DNA from: Mustelus asterias
Lineage: Eukaryota
DNA length: 64,000 nt
Direction: 5' to 3'
Assembly (NCBI RefSeq): GCF_964213995.1
Contig: NC_135801.1
Location: 24,862,001-24,926,000 of the forward strand
A model generated the notes under the pieces. It had not been told where the DNA came from and did not search any database. It worked only from the letters and a program-made list of their open reading frames with translations. Position numbers and translations under genes: made by a program. Shown piece after piece: positions 1-13,199 of this stretch. Within the stretch, counting starts at the first letter, position 1; the number at the start of each line of letters is the position of its first letter.

Positions 1-586
1 AGTCCCATCTTTTAAAGTAATGACGGATGGCCATCTCAACTAGAGTGGCAAATAGGGAACAGGAGGTCAATTGAAAGATGAGACAGTGGGTCGATCATGC
101 AATTGGCCTGGAAGTGTGGATTTTTCCACCTCTGAGAAGAGAGAGTTTATTAATATTGGTGGTTGCAGCCACTGTTGGAACCATTAGTTGTTTTTGCTTG
201 GCAATTTTCAGAAATTGATATTCTGGAACATCCCTACCTAACACCAATGTGGAAGAACCACCTGTGTAAAGGCTTACAAGCAGCTGACAAGAATGACCGT
301 CACCATTTACTTCAGGCATCTAATAATGAGCAAAACGTGTGGCTTGCCAACGTCCTCTACTTCCAAAGACAAATAGGAAAAAGTAAGGAATTCAAAAGGA
401 TTTGACTGCCCTCAGTTGCTAACATTAGATATTTCACTGTGACCTGTCTACACTTGTATATCTTAAACAGTATTTTCCAAGGTTGTTTTAAGTGCATTAA
501 GGCTGTCTTAAGCAAACACTATTTGGATAATCTTGGTGGGATATCCTCGAGGAAACTACACTCTCCTCCCTCACACTATTGTTTAC

Positions 587-972
587 TTCATTCTCAGGAT
601 GTGGGTCACTGATGAGGCTGTTATTTATAGTCCATCACTAGTTGCCCTGAGGTAGCAATCTATTACGGCTGATTGACTTGCAAAGCCAAAGAAGAGGGCA
701 CTTAAAACTTAACCAGTTTGATATGAAATTGTATAAGCCAGCCATGGGAAGGAAAACAGATTTCTTTCTCCAAAGGACATTATTTAACCAGATGGATTTA
801 ACGTAATCTGACAGACCCATAGCCATTTTCTTTTACTAATTCCAGTTTTTATTTCCAGATTTTTTCTTTTAGCTGAATTCACATTCCCAAGCTGCCATGA
901 TGGGATTCAAACATAACATTACTTGCTTAATTAATCCTTGCCTCTGCATCACTCATCCAGTAATATAACCAC
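587..972 (-). mobile_element. Degraded tRNA-derived SINE (family B, same as 10500-10872)
   Basis: Shares blocks (ggatgtggg, aaggacatt..aaccagatgg, tgggattcaaac B-box remnant) with better copies at 10500, 24697 and 57010. Confidence 0.6.
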
Positions 973-1127
973 ATGACAATTGTACTCTGGTCCTTAATTG
1001 AATTCATCATGCCATTCTATTCATGGGGCCTTTTCAAATTTAGTTCAGTCTATAAACATTTATTATCCCCAACACTGTACATCCAAACAATCAATGTAGT
1101 TGAGGTGAACTTAACGAGGTGGTACCA

Positions 1128-1475
1128 AATCATAGAATCCCTACAGTGCAGAAAGAGGCCATTCGGCCCATCGAGTCTGCACCAACTCCCTGACAGAGCA
1201 TCTTACCCAGACCCTATCACCATAACCCCACATATTTACCTTGCTAATCCCCCTAACCTACACATCTTGAGACGCTAAGAGGCAATTTAGCATGGCCCAT
1301 CCACCTAACCTGCACATCTTTGGAGTGTGGAAGGAAACCGGAGCACTCGGAGGAAACCCATGCAGACACGGGGAGAATGTGAAGTCTCCACACAGACAGT
1401 CACCCAAGGCCAGAATTGAAACTGGGCCCCTGGAGCTGTGAGGCAGCAGTGCTAACCACTGTGCCTCCGTGTCAC
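1128..1475 (-). mobile_element. V-SINE (HE1-like), full length
   Basis: Reverse complement has tRNA-like head (cacagtggttagcactgctgcc), V-domain (tgtgtggag..cacattctccccgtgtctgc) and CR1-like tail ending gattctatgatt. Confidence 0.9.
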
Positions 1476-2751
1476 TCACGGTGAAAAGAAAAAGGTACAA
1501 TTTAATGAGGGTCGCTTGAGCAGGGCACGAAGCCTGTTTATGGTAAAATTGGATCAGGATTCTCTGTAGTGGAAGCCTGACACCAGGAAGTCGGGACCGC
1601 ATTCTGTTGACGGAGGGCAATGAGGCAGTGCATAGATCTCATTTACACACATCTGGCTGCGATTTAATGTCACATTTTGAATTAGGTATGCTGTTCAGAG
1701 TGATCATGGACAGTCAGATCACTGACCATTTAAAACTGGCTTCACCCAGGTGAAGCCTCATTTCCCAATGGAAGTCAGCAGTGGAGGTAGTATTGGAGCA
1801 GTAAGTGGAGGCAGCAGTGCTGCCCTTATATTTCAGGTTTCTTTTCAACAAGCATTTACTTTGATATTAAAATTAATCTGGCTAATTTCGCCAATTCACT
1901 TTAAAATTACCCATCTTGTTGATATTTATCACTTGTCCGTGCAAATCATTGCAATTGTTATAACATTACAAAAACAATACGATGGTGTTACCCCAAGTTA
2001 AGAGATCAAGAGCAGAACCCTGTGAAATTTCTTTCGTTACTGCTTTAGTCAGAGTACCGTTTCCATAATCATCATCTGCTTTCTATTGTCAAACTATGTA
2101 AACCTATTCATTAATTCACCATTAACTCAATTTTTCTGTGTGTATCCTTGAATTCCTTCAGAAAATCCAACTATGTTATGCGGTAGGTTTGACAAAACAA
2201 TGTTCCTTGTGCAGACCTTTCTGTGACACTAGTGCATATCAGGAATTTGTTTATAGATGTCAGCATGCCCTGTATGATTTTATTATTTTCTGTCCGTAAT
2301 GCACTCTTTAATATTAATACTGACAGCACCCATAAGTTGCATTGGAGTATTTTCTTCCCTACTAATGTTAAGATAACCATTTTATCCTAATAGGAGCCTT
2401 ACTTCCTTTTGGATTTCCCTGAACTTTCATCATTTTAGCCCCATACGTCCTGTAGAGATTTAATTCTTGGAGGGCTTTTTTCATCAACATTTAGCATTTA
2501 TATGTGTTAAAGCCGCTTCAACCAGGATATCTTAAGACTTCATTTGACAACAGAATTGCAAGCAATTTTGCTGATTCTTGATGCTCTATAATGTTTCCAT
2601 TCCTTTGTTTATTTGGCCTCAGGAGTCATTTATCAAACATTAATAGTCATCCACATTGTGCAGACTTAGCGTCACATGTGGGTCGAATTGTTCATTTACA
2701 TGAAGGAAGGTGACCCCTTTGAACCTTCATCACAATCCAACAGCATTCATG

Positions 2752-3050
2752 AAAGAAAAGAGAGACTTGTATTTATATAGTGCCTTTCCTGAACTCGGCA
2801 AATGCCAAAGTGTTTTAGAACCAATGAAGTATTTTCGGAGCATCGTCACTGATCCAATGTGGGAAACACAACAGGCAATTTGCACAAAGTAAGCTCCAAA
2901 AAAACCCGCAATAAATGAACAGGTAATCTGTTTTATTGATATCGAGAAAAAGATTGGCCAGGACACCGCGGAGAAGTCCCCTACTCTTCTTCAAATTACA
3001 CCGAGCTGAACTGGCAGACATAAGCCTCAGTTTAATGTTCCACTCAGGAG
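2752..3050 (-). mobile_element. Deu-domain SINE (SacSINE1/AmnSINE1-like), degraded
   Basis: Reverse complement contains gaagaagagtagggg..ggtgtcctggccaat, tacttcattgg and aaaggcactatataaatacaagtc, recognised as Deu-SINE core and tail. Confidence 0.7.
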
Positions 3051-4011
3051 ATGATTCATGGTTATCTTTTACTGGTACAAGCTCGTAAATTATCAGAATC
3101 TTTATTGTCAATTGCAAAGTTGCAGATGGTGGGATTTGAACTCATGACCCCTGAGTTGCTTTAACAGTATCATAACCCAGTACATTACCCCTTTTCACCC
3201 TTGCTGCTGTCTATAAGATGTATTTATGTGACCCTCTTTTAGTATAGAGTCACGTGCATGCAATTTTCTGATACATACTCCTGGCAGGCATGACTTCAGG
3301 ACAGACAGTTGAAAATTTGCCCTTATTGTGTTCAGAAACATTCACTATGAATTGTACACATTTAGACATGTCTATTACTCCTCTCCTCCATTGTATCTAC
3401 TTTACCCATGTGAGGTTGAAATAACATGGCCAATTTCCTGGGGGTGTTGTTATTTGTCAGTATAAATCTTTGGGTACCGACAGGTGTAGTTCCAAGTACA
3501 GAACTGTAGTATTTATGTTAATAGATTAGTTGGATTTTCAAACCATGAAAGGTTTCCAGATCTTTAAGAATAATCCAGCAAAATTGCAGAATATTCATCC
3601 CATCCAAGAACTCTTCAAATAAGTCTGCCTGTCTGTATTACCTTTTGTGAGTGATTTTCATCACATTCTGCACCTATTCCTGTAACCTGCTGCACGTATA
3701 TGGGTGTCATTATTATGTTGACTATTTAGGTATTTTAGAACAAAGTAGATCAATGTGAATCGACTGAATTAGGATTAATAACATTATTAACTCAGTCACT
3801 GACTTTCATAGGCAGCTGAAAAATCAGCATATTTTGGGTATTGGGCCTCTTTTAACATGTGGGGTCCCAGTCTATGCATTGCTGGTTATAATTTTAGAAA
3901 GAATTTTTTGGAGCATGCTCCATGCACTAATTTCACTGTCAATAGTGTTAGGATACCAGGTCAGAAATACTAAGGTATATAGATCCGAACAATTTACTAT
4001 TATGGCATCAG

Positions 4012-4635
4012 TGTGAGGATAAGATGAATCAATCCAGGTGCGATTCTACTGACAAAGTAAGGAACTTTTATCAAAACAAACTTTATTTCATTATAACAAA
4101 TGAATTAGTGTAGCTTTTAACAATTAAACAATACTTATACATCAAATTCAAGCAATATTCCTCTTATAGACTTGAACCCCTTCTTAAAATTAGTTCGCAA
4201 AATACAGGCATACTTTCTGTGACTTAAGTTACCAGTCTTGGAGCTTTCAGGCCACCTGTGGAGAGAGAGAGAGAGAGACACTGCTTTCTTCTGGTAGCCC
4301 AGGCAGCAACTGCTTGTACTTTAAAATGAAACTGAAACTCTTTCTTTCCTGCAAGTTTAGCTCCTCCCATTACCCACACGATCTGCCTCTGTCAATCAAC
4401 CTAATCAAAACTCATATGACTCTGCACACCGAGTCTAAAATCCCAGGAGAACCCAAATAAACAAAGTGTTTATTAACTCTACAAAGTAACACATTCCGAA
4501 CTAAAATCAGTCATTAACCTGCATTCTTAGCATCTGTTGCATGTTTACCAGATAAATCAACTCTTGTAACACTGCCTCTTAAAGCAACCTCAACCTTAAC
4601 CATAAAATATATCAAAGCAGTACAGTATCATCACA
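4012..4635 (-). mobile_element. Probable solo LTR
   Basis: Termini tgtgaggata / tatcatcaca (9 of 10 inverted match, TG..CA); AATAAA on minus strand near 4082; TSD not clean. Confidence 0.5.
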
Positions 4636-6429
4636 ATAGAACTGAACGCACCCTCGACAGGTAACTTCCAATTTGCAATTCAGAGCCAGCTGCCCGCGCT
4701 CTTTACCCACTTCCACCTCAGCTTCACCTCCTCCCAACCCCATTCCCAACATGCCAGCAACTGCAGGTGCCATTTGCATCCCAGCCAGCTGAAATTCCTC
4801 GTGGTCCAAAATCATTAAGCGCTCAATGGTACCAGTTTGGTAGCCACACCTCACCAAGCCTCAAAATCAAGAGGGCTTCTTCATCATCAGAACCATTGAC
4901 AATCACAGCATCCGGATAGCAAATCACATATTTAGTTTATTAATTATCTCCCCATGCATGGCTTCCACAGTTCTGGAATAACTAATGGTCATCACAAATT
5001 TTAAGCCAATTTAAGTCAAAGTTATATGATTATATGTCACCATTGTAATTTATTGTTCATTAGCTCCAGTTTTGCATTATGAGATAAGAATAGGAGTTTT
5101 AATCTTGACATTATCTTGAGGTTAAAAAAAAATCCATGCATTACTTTTCACAAATGGGGTTATTGTTTTCAGGTGAAAGTCTTGCATTTGCTCTTTTAAC
5201 AAAGTCATTAAAGTAAATGCAGAAAGGAATTTGCCTCAAACACCTTAACCAGTTAATTAAAAAAAGCACACAGAGGAATGTCTACCCTAAGGTGCCTAAA
5301 CAATCACTGTTGTGGTAAAACCTCATTACACATGTAGCTTTTCGTTAATTATCTTATAATTACACAGCACTTTCACCTTTCAGCTTGATGACCCCCTCAA
5401 GAAAGAACATAGACCAAAAAAAGAGAGGAAGACTGTCTCTCTCTCTATTGTACATTTGATGTATCTGAGAAGAACGCAAAATGAAAAATTCAGCAAACAG
5501 AAACTTCAGCTGAAGATTCGCAACTCAAGATAACATACATCCATATGTTCCTTGTGCAGATTCATGCTTAATGCTATCTTTGTACCTAAGTGTGTCTTGA
5601 AGATTTTTTTAATGAATCGCCATGAAATAAATCATTCTGGCTTTTAATGTAATGCCAGTATCTTCGATTTTCAAGTTGCTTTTTTCACCTTAACCATTAA
5701 TACTCTAAAACAGTTTGTTGTAATGCTGGGGAAAGAAACAAAGCACCCATTTGGAACCAAACAAAAATGCTATAAAACATTGCATTAAAATTTAAAAGCA
5801 TTATAAATAATATGAATTATACATAGACGCCTCATACAAATGGGTCTTGGTGATGTGATTGGCCATTAACTACAATTGATGCGAAGACAATAATTTGAAG
5901 CATTCCTCATCTTAATTGGTAAGAAAGCTTCTGCCTCTGAAATAATGATCTGTAAATTCAACTGTCTGTGTAGTGATTTAGAAATAATGATTTGTGACAA
6001 GATATCTGCAAGCATTTCTTCAAGCATTAGCGTAACACAGTATCAATGTCCCATCATACAGAAAGTAGCCAGTATGGTGATGGTACCTGATAATTGCAGT
6101 TAACATTTTGTAAACTCTTGTTTGTTTAGCTTAAGCTAACATTAGTAATATCAGATAACCAGTCTGTTTGACACTGTTTTAAGATGTATCTCTCTTCATT
6201 CATTGTAAAAGGAATACAGTCTTCAACTTGCAAAGGCTTAAGGCTCGCACAAAGATCACAAAAAGCTATTTAAGTAAAGTCTTGTTTGCGGATGACTGTG
6301 CTCTCATAGTACTCACACTCCAGAGGACATGTTAACTGCTTTGTCCAAGCCTCAGAATACTTCAGCCTTACAACAAGTCTAAAAAAGACAGATCTCTTGA
6401 ACCAACCTGCCCCTGGCCACAATCAATAA

Positions 6430-6740
6430 CAGTAAGAAGTTTAACAACACCAGGTTAAAGTCCAACAGGTTTATTTGGTTGCAAAAGCCACACAAGTTTT
6501 CGGAGCCTTAAGCCCCTTCTTCAGGTGAGTGGGAATTCTGTTCACAAACAGGGCATATAAAGACACAAACTCAATTTACATGAATAATGGTTGGAATGCG
6601 AATACTTACAGCTAATCAAGTCTTTAAGATACAAACAATGTGAGTGGAGAGAGCATCAAGACAGGCTAAAGAGATGTGTATTGTCTCCAGACAGGACAGC
6701 CAGTGAGACTCTGCAGGTCCAGGCAAGCTGTGGGGATAAT
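6430..6740 (-). mobile_element. Penelope-like element 3' UTR fragment
   Basis: Homologous to the 3' UTR following the GIY-YIG ORF at 38507-38807. Confidence 0.85.
6491..6527 (-). ncRNA. Minimal type I hammerhead ribozyme motif (variant)
   Basis: cac CTGAAGA a ggggc-ttaag-gctcc GAAA ac TT gtg on the minus strand. Confidence 0.6.
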
Positions 6741-6838
6741 ACATCCTTCAACTCACTTTGGAAGTTCTGCTCTGTTGGGACTATCCCTTCCACTCTTAAT
6801 AATAAAATTGTCCAGCGCCTGGCAAAAGCCAGCTCTAT

Positions 6839-7167
6839 GGGCGGCACGGTGGCACAGTGGTTAGCGCTGCTGTCTCACAGTGCCAAGAGCCCGGGTTTGA
6901 TTCCCGACTTGGGCTACTGTCTGTGTGGAGTTTGCACATTCTCCCCGTGTCTGTGTGGGTTTCCTCCGGGTGCTCCGGTTTCCTCCCACAGTCCAAAGAT
7001 GTGCGCGTTAAGTGGATTGGCCATGCTAAATTGCCCCTTAGTGTCAGGGGGATTAGCCAGGGTAAATGTGTGGGGTTATGAGGACAGGACCTGGGTGGGA
7101 TTGTGGTTGGTGCAGACTCGATGGGCCGAATGGCCTCCACCTGCTCTGTCGGATTCTATGATTCTAT
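6839..7167 (+). mobile_element. V-SINE (HE1-like), full length, inserted in RTE
   Basis: gggcggcacggtggcacagtggttag head, V-domain, gattctat tail. Confidence 0.92.
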
Positions 7168-7454
7168 ACATTCATACATACATTTGGATCAAAGTCTACC
7201 AGGCAAGGGTTTTCCCTTCACTTTTCTATGGCTGTGAGATCTGGTCAACTTACAGGCGTTACATTAAGCAATTCGTTACATTCCACCTTCCCTGCTTAAG
7301 ATCCATCTGCAACATCAAATGGCAGGACAAAATCCCGAACACAAAAGTTCTTGCAAATTGCCACATACCTGGTAACAAGAGCATAGTCACAGAGTTTAGC
7401 TTCGCTGGGTTGGCCATATAGAGGATTATTTGAGGAAAATAGAGTTGAGTCCTT

Positions 7455-7645
7455 AAGATAAAAGCAAAATACTGCAGATGCTGGAATCCGAAACAAAAAC
7501 AGAAAATGCTGGAAAATCTCAACAGGTCTGACAGCATCTGTGGGGAGAGAATTGAGCCAACGTTTCGAGTCCAGATGACCCTTCGTCCGAAAGGTCATCC
7601 AGACTCTAAACGTTGGCCCTATTCTCTCCCCAAGATGCTGTCAGA
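7455..7645. mobile_element. Short palindromic Penelope-type end fragment (second family)
   Basis: Inverted arms tctgacagcatct..gccaacgtttcgagtccagatgaccct / aggtcatccagactctaaacgttggc..agatgctgtcaga; hammerhead-like gacgaagggtc..gactcgaaacgtt on minus; related copies at 49261, 55495 and 57755. Confidence 0.65.
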
Positions 7646-8104
7646 GTTGAATACTTACAGGACAAGTGAGCACACCCCACAAAGGCTCACCTTCATCCAC
7701 CCCTATAACAATGACTTTGCATATTGGATCGACAAATCAAGGTTTAGTTTGACATCACATATGAGACAACACTAACCTAGATGGTAAACAATTGAACACT
7801 CATCCATCCAAGCGATGGGAGAATCCATCAACTTATGACAGTGTTTAAATGGTCAGAGAGGAAAAGTGGAAAAATGGAAAGTGGGAACTGCATTGGATCT
7901 GTAACTATCCTATCTGCAGCTGTTCATTCTAAAGAATACCCCACTTACCCATCCATGACAGATATCGATCTCTCGAAAGTGTATAGAAAAAAACTCGATG
8001 AACTTACGAACCTTCAGACTATATGTAGCAACTCAATAAGTTGGTGCAGTGCTTCCCTGCAGAAGGAAAATTATAGAACACATTTGGCTTTGAGCAGGGC
8101 TTAG

Positions 8105-8472
8105 CAGGTAGCATCATCACCTCTGAGTCAGAAGGCTATGTGTTTACACTCAGATTTGAGCTCTTTATCTTCTCATCCCTTCAGTGCTGAGGGCATGTTT
8201 GATTATGGGAAGTGCTGCCTTCAGCAGGTCTTAGACGATCTTGTGGCACTTTTTGAGGAAGCGCATGGGGTTTTAATTGTTGTCCTGAATAATATCCCTC
8301 CCTCAATCAACTCCATCCACAAAAAACAGGAGAATTCTGAAAACCTGTGTTGCACAAATTGTATTTGCCTGCATAAGGACAGTAATGTTATTCAAAAAAA
8401 ACAATCAGTTGTAAATTGTCTTGGGGTGTGCTGAGAATGCAGCAAGGTGTTATGCCAATGGCAGTTCTTTTA
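8105..8472 (+). mobile_element. Deu-domain SINE, degraded
   Basis: cacctctgagtcagaagg head, gtggcactttttgaggaag..tgtcctg..ccctcaatcaac core. Confidence 0.6.
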
Positions 8473-8745
8473 ACATTCATTCACATCACTAGAACCTGCT
8501 TGGATGCTTCTCTCAGCATTTGGCTGTAGTAAGGTGACAGTCTGCCACATTTAAATAAGTAATTGCATGTGGCACGGGGTACAGCTGAAGAGGCAGAGAA
8601 ATGAATTATGACAATGTAACATGAACATTGCATGCATTAATCCCATATTTACTCAGAGCTTTTCTGAGACAGCAAGCATAACTTTTGCCCCAATAAGGGG
8701 GCGAGCATAAAGGTGGGTGATCAGGAAAATACCTCAAAATACTTT

Positions 8746-10196
8746 AGAATTATAGAATCATATAGTGCAGAAGGAGGCCATTTGGCCCATCACGTTTTCA
8801 CCGACCACAATTCCACCCAGGCCCTATCCCCATAATCCCATGCATTTACCCTAGCTAGTCCCTCATGATAGGCTGGTGCAAAAGGTTGGATCTCATGGGA
8901 TAAAGGGAGAGGTGGCTAGATGGGTGGAGAACTGGCTTGGTCACAGAAGACAGAGGGTGGTAGTGGAAGGGTCTTTTTCCGGCTGGAGGCCTGTGACTAG
9001 TGGTGTTCCGCAGGGCTCTGTATTGGGACCTCTGCTGTTTGTGATTTATATAAACGATCTGGAAGAAGGTGTAACTGGGGTGATCAGTAAGTTTGCGGAC
9101 GACACAAAATTGGCAGGACTTGCAGATAGTGAGGAGCATTGTCAGAAGCTACAGAAGGATATAGATAGGCTGGAAATTTGGGCAAAGAAATGGCAGATGG
9201 AGTTCAATCCTGATAAATGCGAAGTGATGCATTTTGGTAGAAATAATGTAGGGAGGAGCTATACGATAAATGGCAGAACCATAAAGGGTGTAGATACGCA
9301 GAGGGACCTGGGTGTGCAAGTCCACAGATCCTTGAAGGTGACGTCCCAGGTGGACAAGGTGGTGAAGAAGGCATATGGCATGCTTGCCTTTATAGGACGG
9401 GGCATAGAGTATAAAAGTTGGGGTCTGATGTTGCAGATGTATAGAATGTTGGTTCGGCCGCATTTGGAATACTGCGTCCAGTTCTGGTCGCCACACTACC
9501 AGAAGGACGTGGAGGCTTTGGAGAGAGTACAGAGGAGGTTTACCAGGATGTTGCCTGGTATGGAGGGGCTTAGTTATGAGGAGAGATTGGGTAAACTGGG
9601 GTTGTTCTCCCTGGAAAGACGGAGGATGAGGGGAGACTTAATAGAGGTGTATAAAATTATGGAAGGCATAGATAGGGTGAACTGTGGGAAGCTTTTCCCC
9701 AGGTCGGTGGTGACGTTCACGAGGGGTCATAGGTTCAAGGTGAAGGGGGGGAGGTTTAACACAGATATCAGAAGGACATATTTTACACAGAGGGTGGTGG
9801 GGGCCTGGAATGCGCTGCCAGGCAAGGTGGTGGAGGCGGACACACTGGGAACGTTTAAGACTTATCTAGATAGCCATATGAACGGAGTGGGAATGGAGGG
9901 ATACAAAAGAATGGTCTAGTTGGACCAGGGAGCGGCACGGGCTTGGAGGGCCGAAGGGCCTGTTCCTGTGCTGTATTGTTCTTTGTTCTTTGTTCTCTGA
10001 CACCAAGGGGCAAGTGAGCATGTCCAATCAACCTAACCCGCACATCTTTGGAATGTGGGAAGAAACTGAAGCACCCGGAGGAAACCCACGCAGACACGGG
10101 GAGAAAGTGCAAACTCCACACAGACAGTAACCCAAGCCGGGAACTGAACCTGGGTCCCTGGTGCTGTGAGGCAGCAGTGCTAACCATTGTGCCGCC
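8746..10196 (-). mobile_element. V-SINE split into 8746-8860 and 9997-10196 by a CR1 insertion
   Basis: The halves rejoin as ctagctagtccc|ctgacaccaagggg. Confidence 0.85.
8859..9996 (+). mobile_element. CR1 LINE, 5'-truncated; open RT C-terminal frame 8876-9919
   Basis: GVPQGSVLGPLLF, KFADDTK, LVRPHLEYCVQFWSP; tail of ttctttg repeats. Confidence 0.95.
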
Positions 10197-10499
10197 AATT
10201 AAAGTAAATAAAAGGCCTCTTAAAACTAATTCCTATAGCTTCCCTGGGGCATTTGAAACCAGACCAGCTGCCTAATGATTGCGTACTGATGATAGACTTG
10301 AGGAGGGGCCAGTGCTCCAGGTAATCTCCCTGCCTGCATTGGTGACCTGGAAACTGTAGCCATCTTTTAAAGTTCTTACAATTGCTTATTCCCTTACCTG
10401 AAACAACAGGTTGCAGATCCATCCAATCTGGAGATTCTCTTACTGGCCCTCCAGCATCGAGAGTTCACCATTATCCTTAATTGGATGACAAGCATGCAT

Positions 10500-10872
10500 T
10501 TTTATTCTTCATTCATGGGATGTGGGCATTACTGGCTGAGCCAGCATTTATTGTCCATCCCTAACTGCCTTTGAACTGAGTGGCTCGCTGGGCCATTTCA
10601 GAAGACAATTAAGAGTCAACCAGCTGGCTGTGGCTCTGGAGTCACATGTAGGCCAGACAAGGTAAGGTGGGCAGATTTCCTTCCCTAAAGGACATTAGTG
10701 AACCAGGTAGATTTTTACAACAATCGACAGTTGTTTCACGGTCATTATTAGACTTTTAATTCCAGCTTTTATTTTATTGGATTCAAATTTCACCCATCTA
10801 CCATGGTGGGATTTGAACACCGGTCTGCAGAGCATTGCTCTGGGTTTCTGGATTACTAGTCCAGTGACAATC
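10500..10872 (-). mobile_element. tRNA-derived SINE family B
   Basis: B-box gttcaaatcc on minus, core ggttcactaatgtcctttagggaaggaaatctgcc, A-rich tail; repeated in window. Confidence 0.85.
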
Positions 10873-11199
10873 CAGTGGCCTTTTGACCATTAATTGGTCG
10901 ATTCAGGGAAGATCATTGCCAGGTGACTGATTCCCACACGGTGCAGGATCGTGACTCCCAGTTGATCCTCCTGACCCAAAATGCTGCCCTGTGGCTCACC
11001 AACCTGGCCTCACAAGTAAGGGGCAGTTTATTGGAGAGTTGCATTTCCATCTCCTGTGATTTAATCATAGGCAATGAAAATGTGATTTTAAGATGGCTGA
11101 CTTGGCATGGAATCTCAGAAAATTATGTCCACAAGGCATATTAAGCTGTTTATTTTTATCTGTGCATGCATAAATGTTCTCTTTTCATGATTCTATTTG

Positions 11200-11328
11200 T
11201 GTACAGTGTGTAGTTCCCCAGTTTACAACCGTAACTGTACTTCAAAAGTATTTAATTAACTGTAACGCCCTTTGAAATGCCCTGAGGTCAAAAAAGGCAC
11301 CAAATAAATGGAAATCTTTCTTTCCTTT
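11200..11328 (+). mobile_element. Deu-SINE 3' fragment
   Basis: acttcaaaagtatttaattaactgtaa..ctgaggtc..aaaggcacc..taaatggaaatctttc. Confidence 0.55.
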
Positions 11329-11874
11329 CAAACTGCACAAGATATTACATCACATCAGCTATCACAAGATAAACCTTGTGTCTTGTTTTTCATATATCGC
11401 GTAGATCCAAATATATTAGTTGAATTTAAAAAAACAAGCCTTCTTAACGTGACAGACTCTTTAGGAAGGTCCGACAATAAATATTTGTTGTATGCCCATA
11501 ACTGACATTTTTAACTGACATTCATTGAAACAAAACTTTGAAAATGCTCTTTAAATACCCAGTTATAAATTACACAAATGTGATACAACTGAATGTTGAT
11601 AGTGACTGCTCAATGTTGCCATTCTTCCCTACATGCAAAGTGAAGGGTAAAACAGTCAGGAAAATGTATACCCTTTAAGGTAACACATGATGTATTGCCT
11701 GCATTCGTTAATCTGATTTATATATCAGCAACTAAAGAGGCCTCCTTTTAACTCCAGAAAATTGAAATCAGAGGATGTCTTCAGAACCACTTATGCTGAT
11801 GAATGCCTTAGATGCATCAGGTCTGTGCATTGACTTTCCAATGCAGACATAGAAATCAATTGCTTGGTCCTCAA

Positions 11875-12170
11875 GCAGTCATGTGGCCCAACAACAGTGT
11901 TCCCTATCTCTGGGTCAGAAGCTCTATGTTGAAGTCTTGCTTCGTAGAAGGTGCGTTCATAATGTGGCCAAACAGGTTGACTATCAGCCTGTTAAATCCT
12001 TCCAACATGCCTGATGGCAGGTGGGAAGAGAGAGAGATTTTCCTGGTCAAACATCCTGCAAAAGGTAATGGCAAACCACACCTTGCCAAGCTTTATCATG
12101 GACCAATCCAATGACACTCCCCGGTTACCAATGCCCTTTTTACAGCATGGTACTTGAGGAGGAGGAGGTT
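11875..12170 (+). mobile_element. Old SINE-like repeat with RTE-type tail
   Basis: tRNA-like remnant ctctgggtcagaag..gttgaagtc, then ggtaatggcaaaccac and a (gag)n end. Confidence 0.35.
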
Positions 12171-12249
12171 CTCAAGCACAAGGAGCAGTTCTGATGAATG
12201 CTGTCTCATAGAATGACACAAGAAATTGTTCATAGCACGCCTTTAATGC

Positions 12250-12830
12250 AATAAAACAGATTTTGATAGTGAGCCACATTAGGAAAAATTATAAAAAGTT
12301 TGGTCAGAAAGGGAGGTATAACTGAGTATCTTAAAAAAGGGAGATAGGTGGAGAGGTTTGGGGAGGAATTCCGGAGCTTGGCAGTACAAGACACTGCCAC
12401 CAATGTTGGAAAATTAAAAATCGGGGATGCTCAAGAGGCCAGAATTAGAGGAGCGCAAATATCCTGCAGATTGTGAGGCTGAAAGAGATTACAGAGCTAG
12501 GGGTTGGTCATAGAGCGGTTTGAAAGTGAGGAAGAGGATTTTAAAAATGAGGCATTGCTTAACTAGGAGCCTGTGTATCCAGCAAGCCTAGGTGCAATGG
12601 CAAAACAGGACTCAGTGTATGTAAGGGCACAAGTAGCAACATTTTGGATGAAATAAAGTTTACAGAGGATAAATGTGTGAATGTGGGAACTGCCCAGAGT
12701 GCATTAGAGTGATCAAGTCTGGAGATAATATGAATAAAGCTTGAAGCTGCAAATCTGTTGAAGCTGGAGCTGAATTGGGCGATGTTTTCAGAGATGGACA
12801 TAATGGGTCTTAGTGATGGCATAGATAAGT
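12250..12830 (-). mobile_element. L2 LINE 3' fragment, decayed
   Basis: FIHIISRLDHSNALWA resembles L2 LIHAFVTSRLDYSNALLA. Confidence 0.7.
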
Positions 12831-13199
12831 GGTTGGAAGGAAACACATATATTTTAATTTATTGTTGCAGTGTTGTTTTCACTTAAAGACTCCAAATCAT
12901 AGGAATTTCTTGATTTCAAATATAGGTTTATGCATGCAACAACATAGACCAGGATTTCCGCCCCCCCACCCCCCCCCCCCACCCAACACCACCACCCCCG
13001 TCCCCCCGCCGCACCACCCCACAGAATATTTTCCAGCGGCAGAGACCATTGGCCATTGGCTAGATCTTCCAGTCCCATTGAGGCCGATGGTGTTCTGTTT
13101 GGCTCAACTGCCCCGCCACTCTTAAATAAATCTGTGTTGAGTTGGTTCAAAACCCACAGTGTGTGGCACCTGATCATCTTTTGTCTTGTTAGTACTACT

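Larger units (their letters stand above)
6200..7830 (+). mobile_element. RTE-clade LINE 3' portion, decayed, interrupted by three insertions
   Basis: Translations FNLQRLKARTK..VLFADDCAL (6221-6310), IVQRLAKASS, KVYQARVFPSLFYGCEIW..IKWQDKIPNTKVL and terminal SRFSLTSHMRQH-stop (7775). Confidence 0.8.

Noticed and set aside
163-405. Possible RTE C-terminal remnant (WKNHLCKGLQAA)
   Set aside because: Similarity too weak to support by eye
6839-6915. tRNA-like A/B boxes
   Set aside because: SINE heads, each followed by a SINE body and tail, not tRNA genes
6591-7421. 276-aa ORF
   Set aside because: Chance read-through across antisense Penelope UTR, RTE and V-SINE pieces
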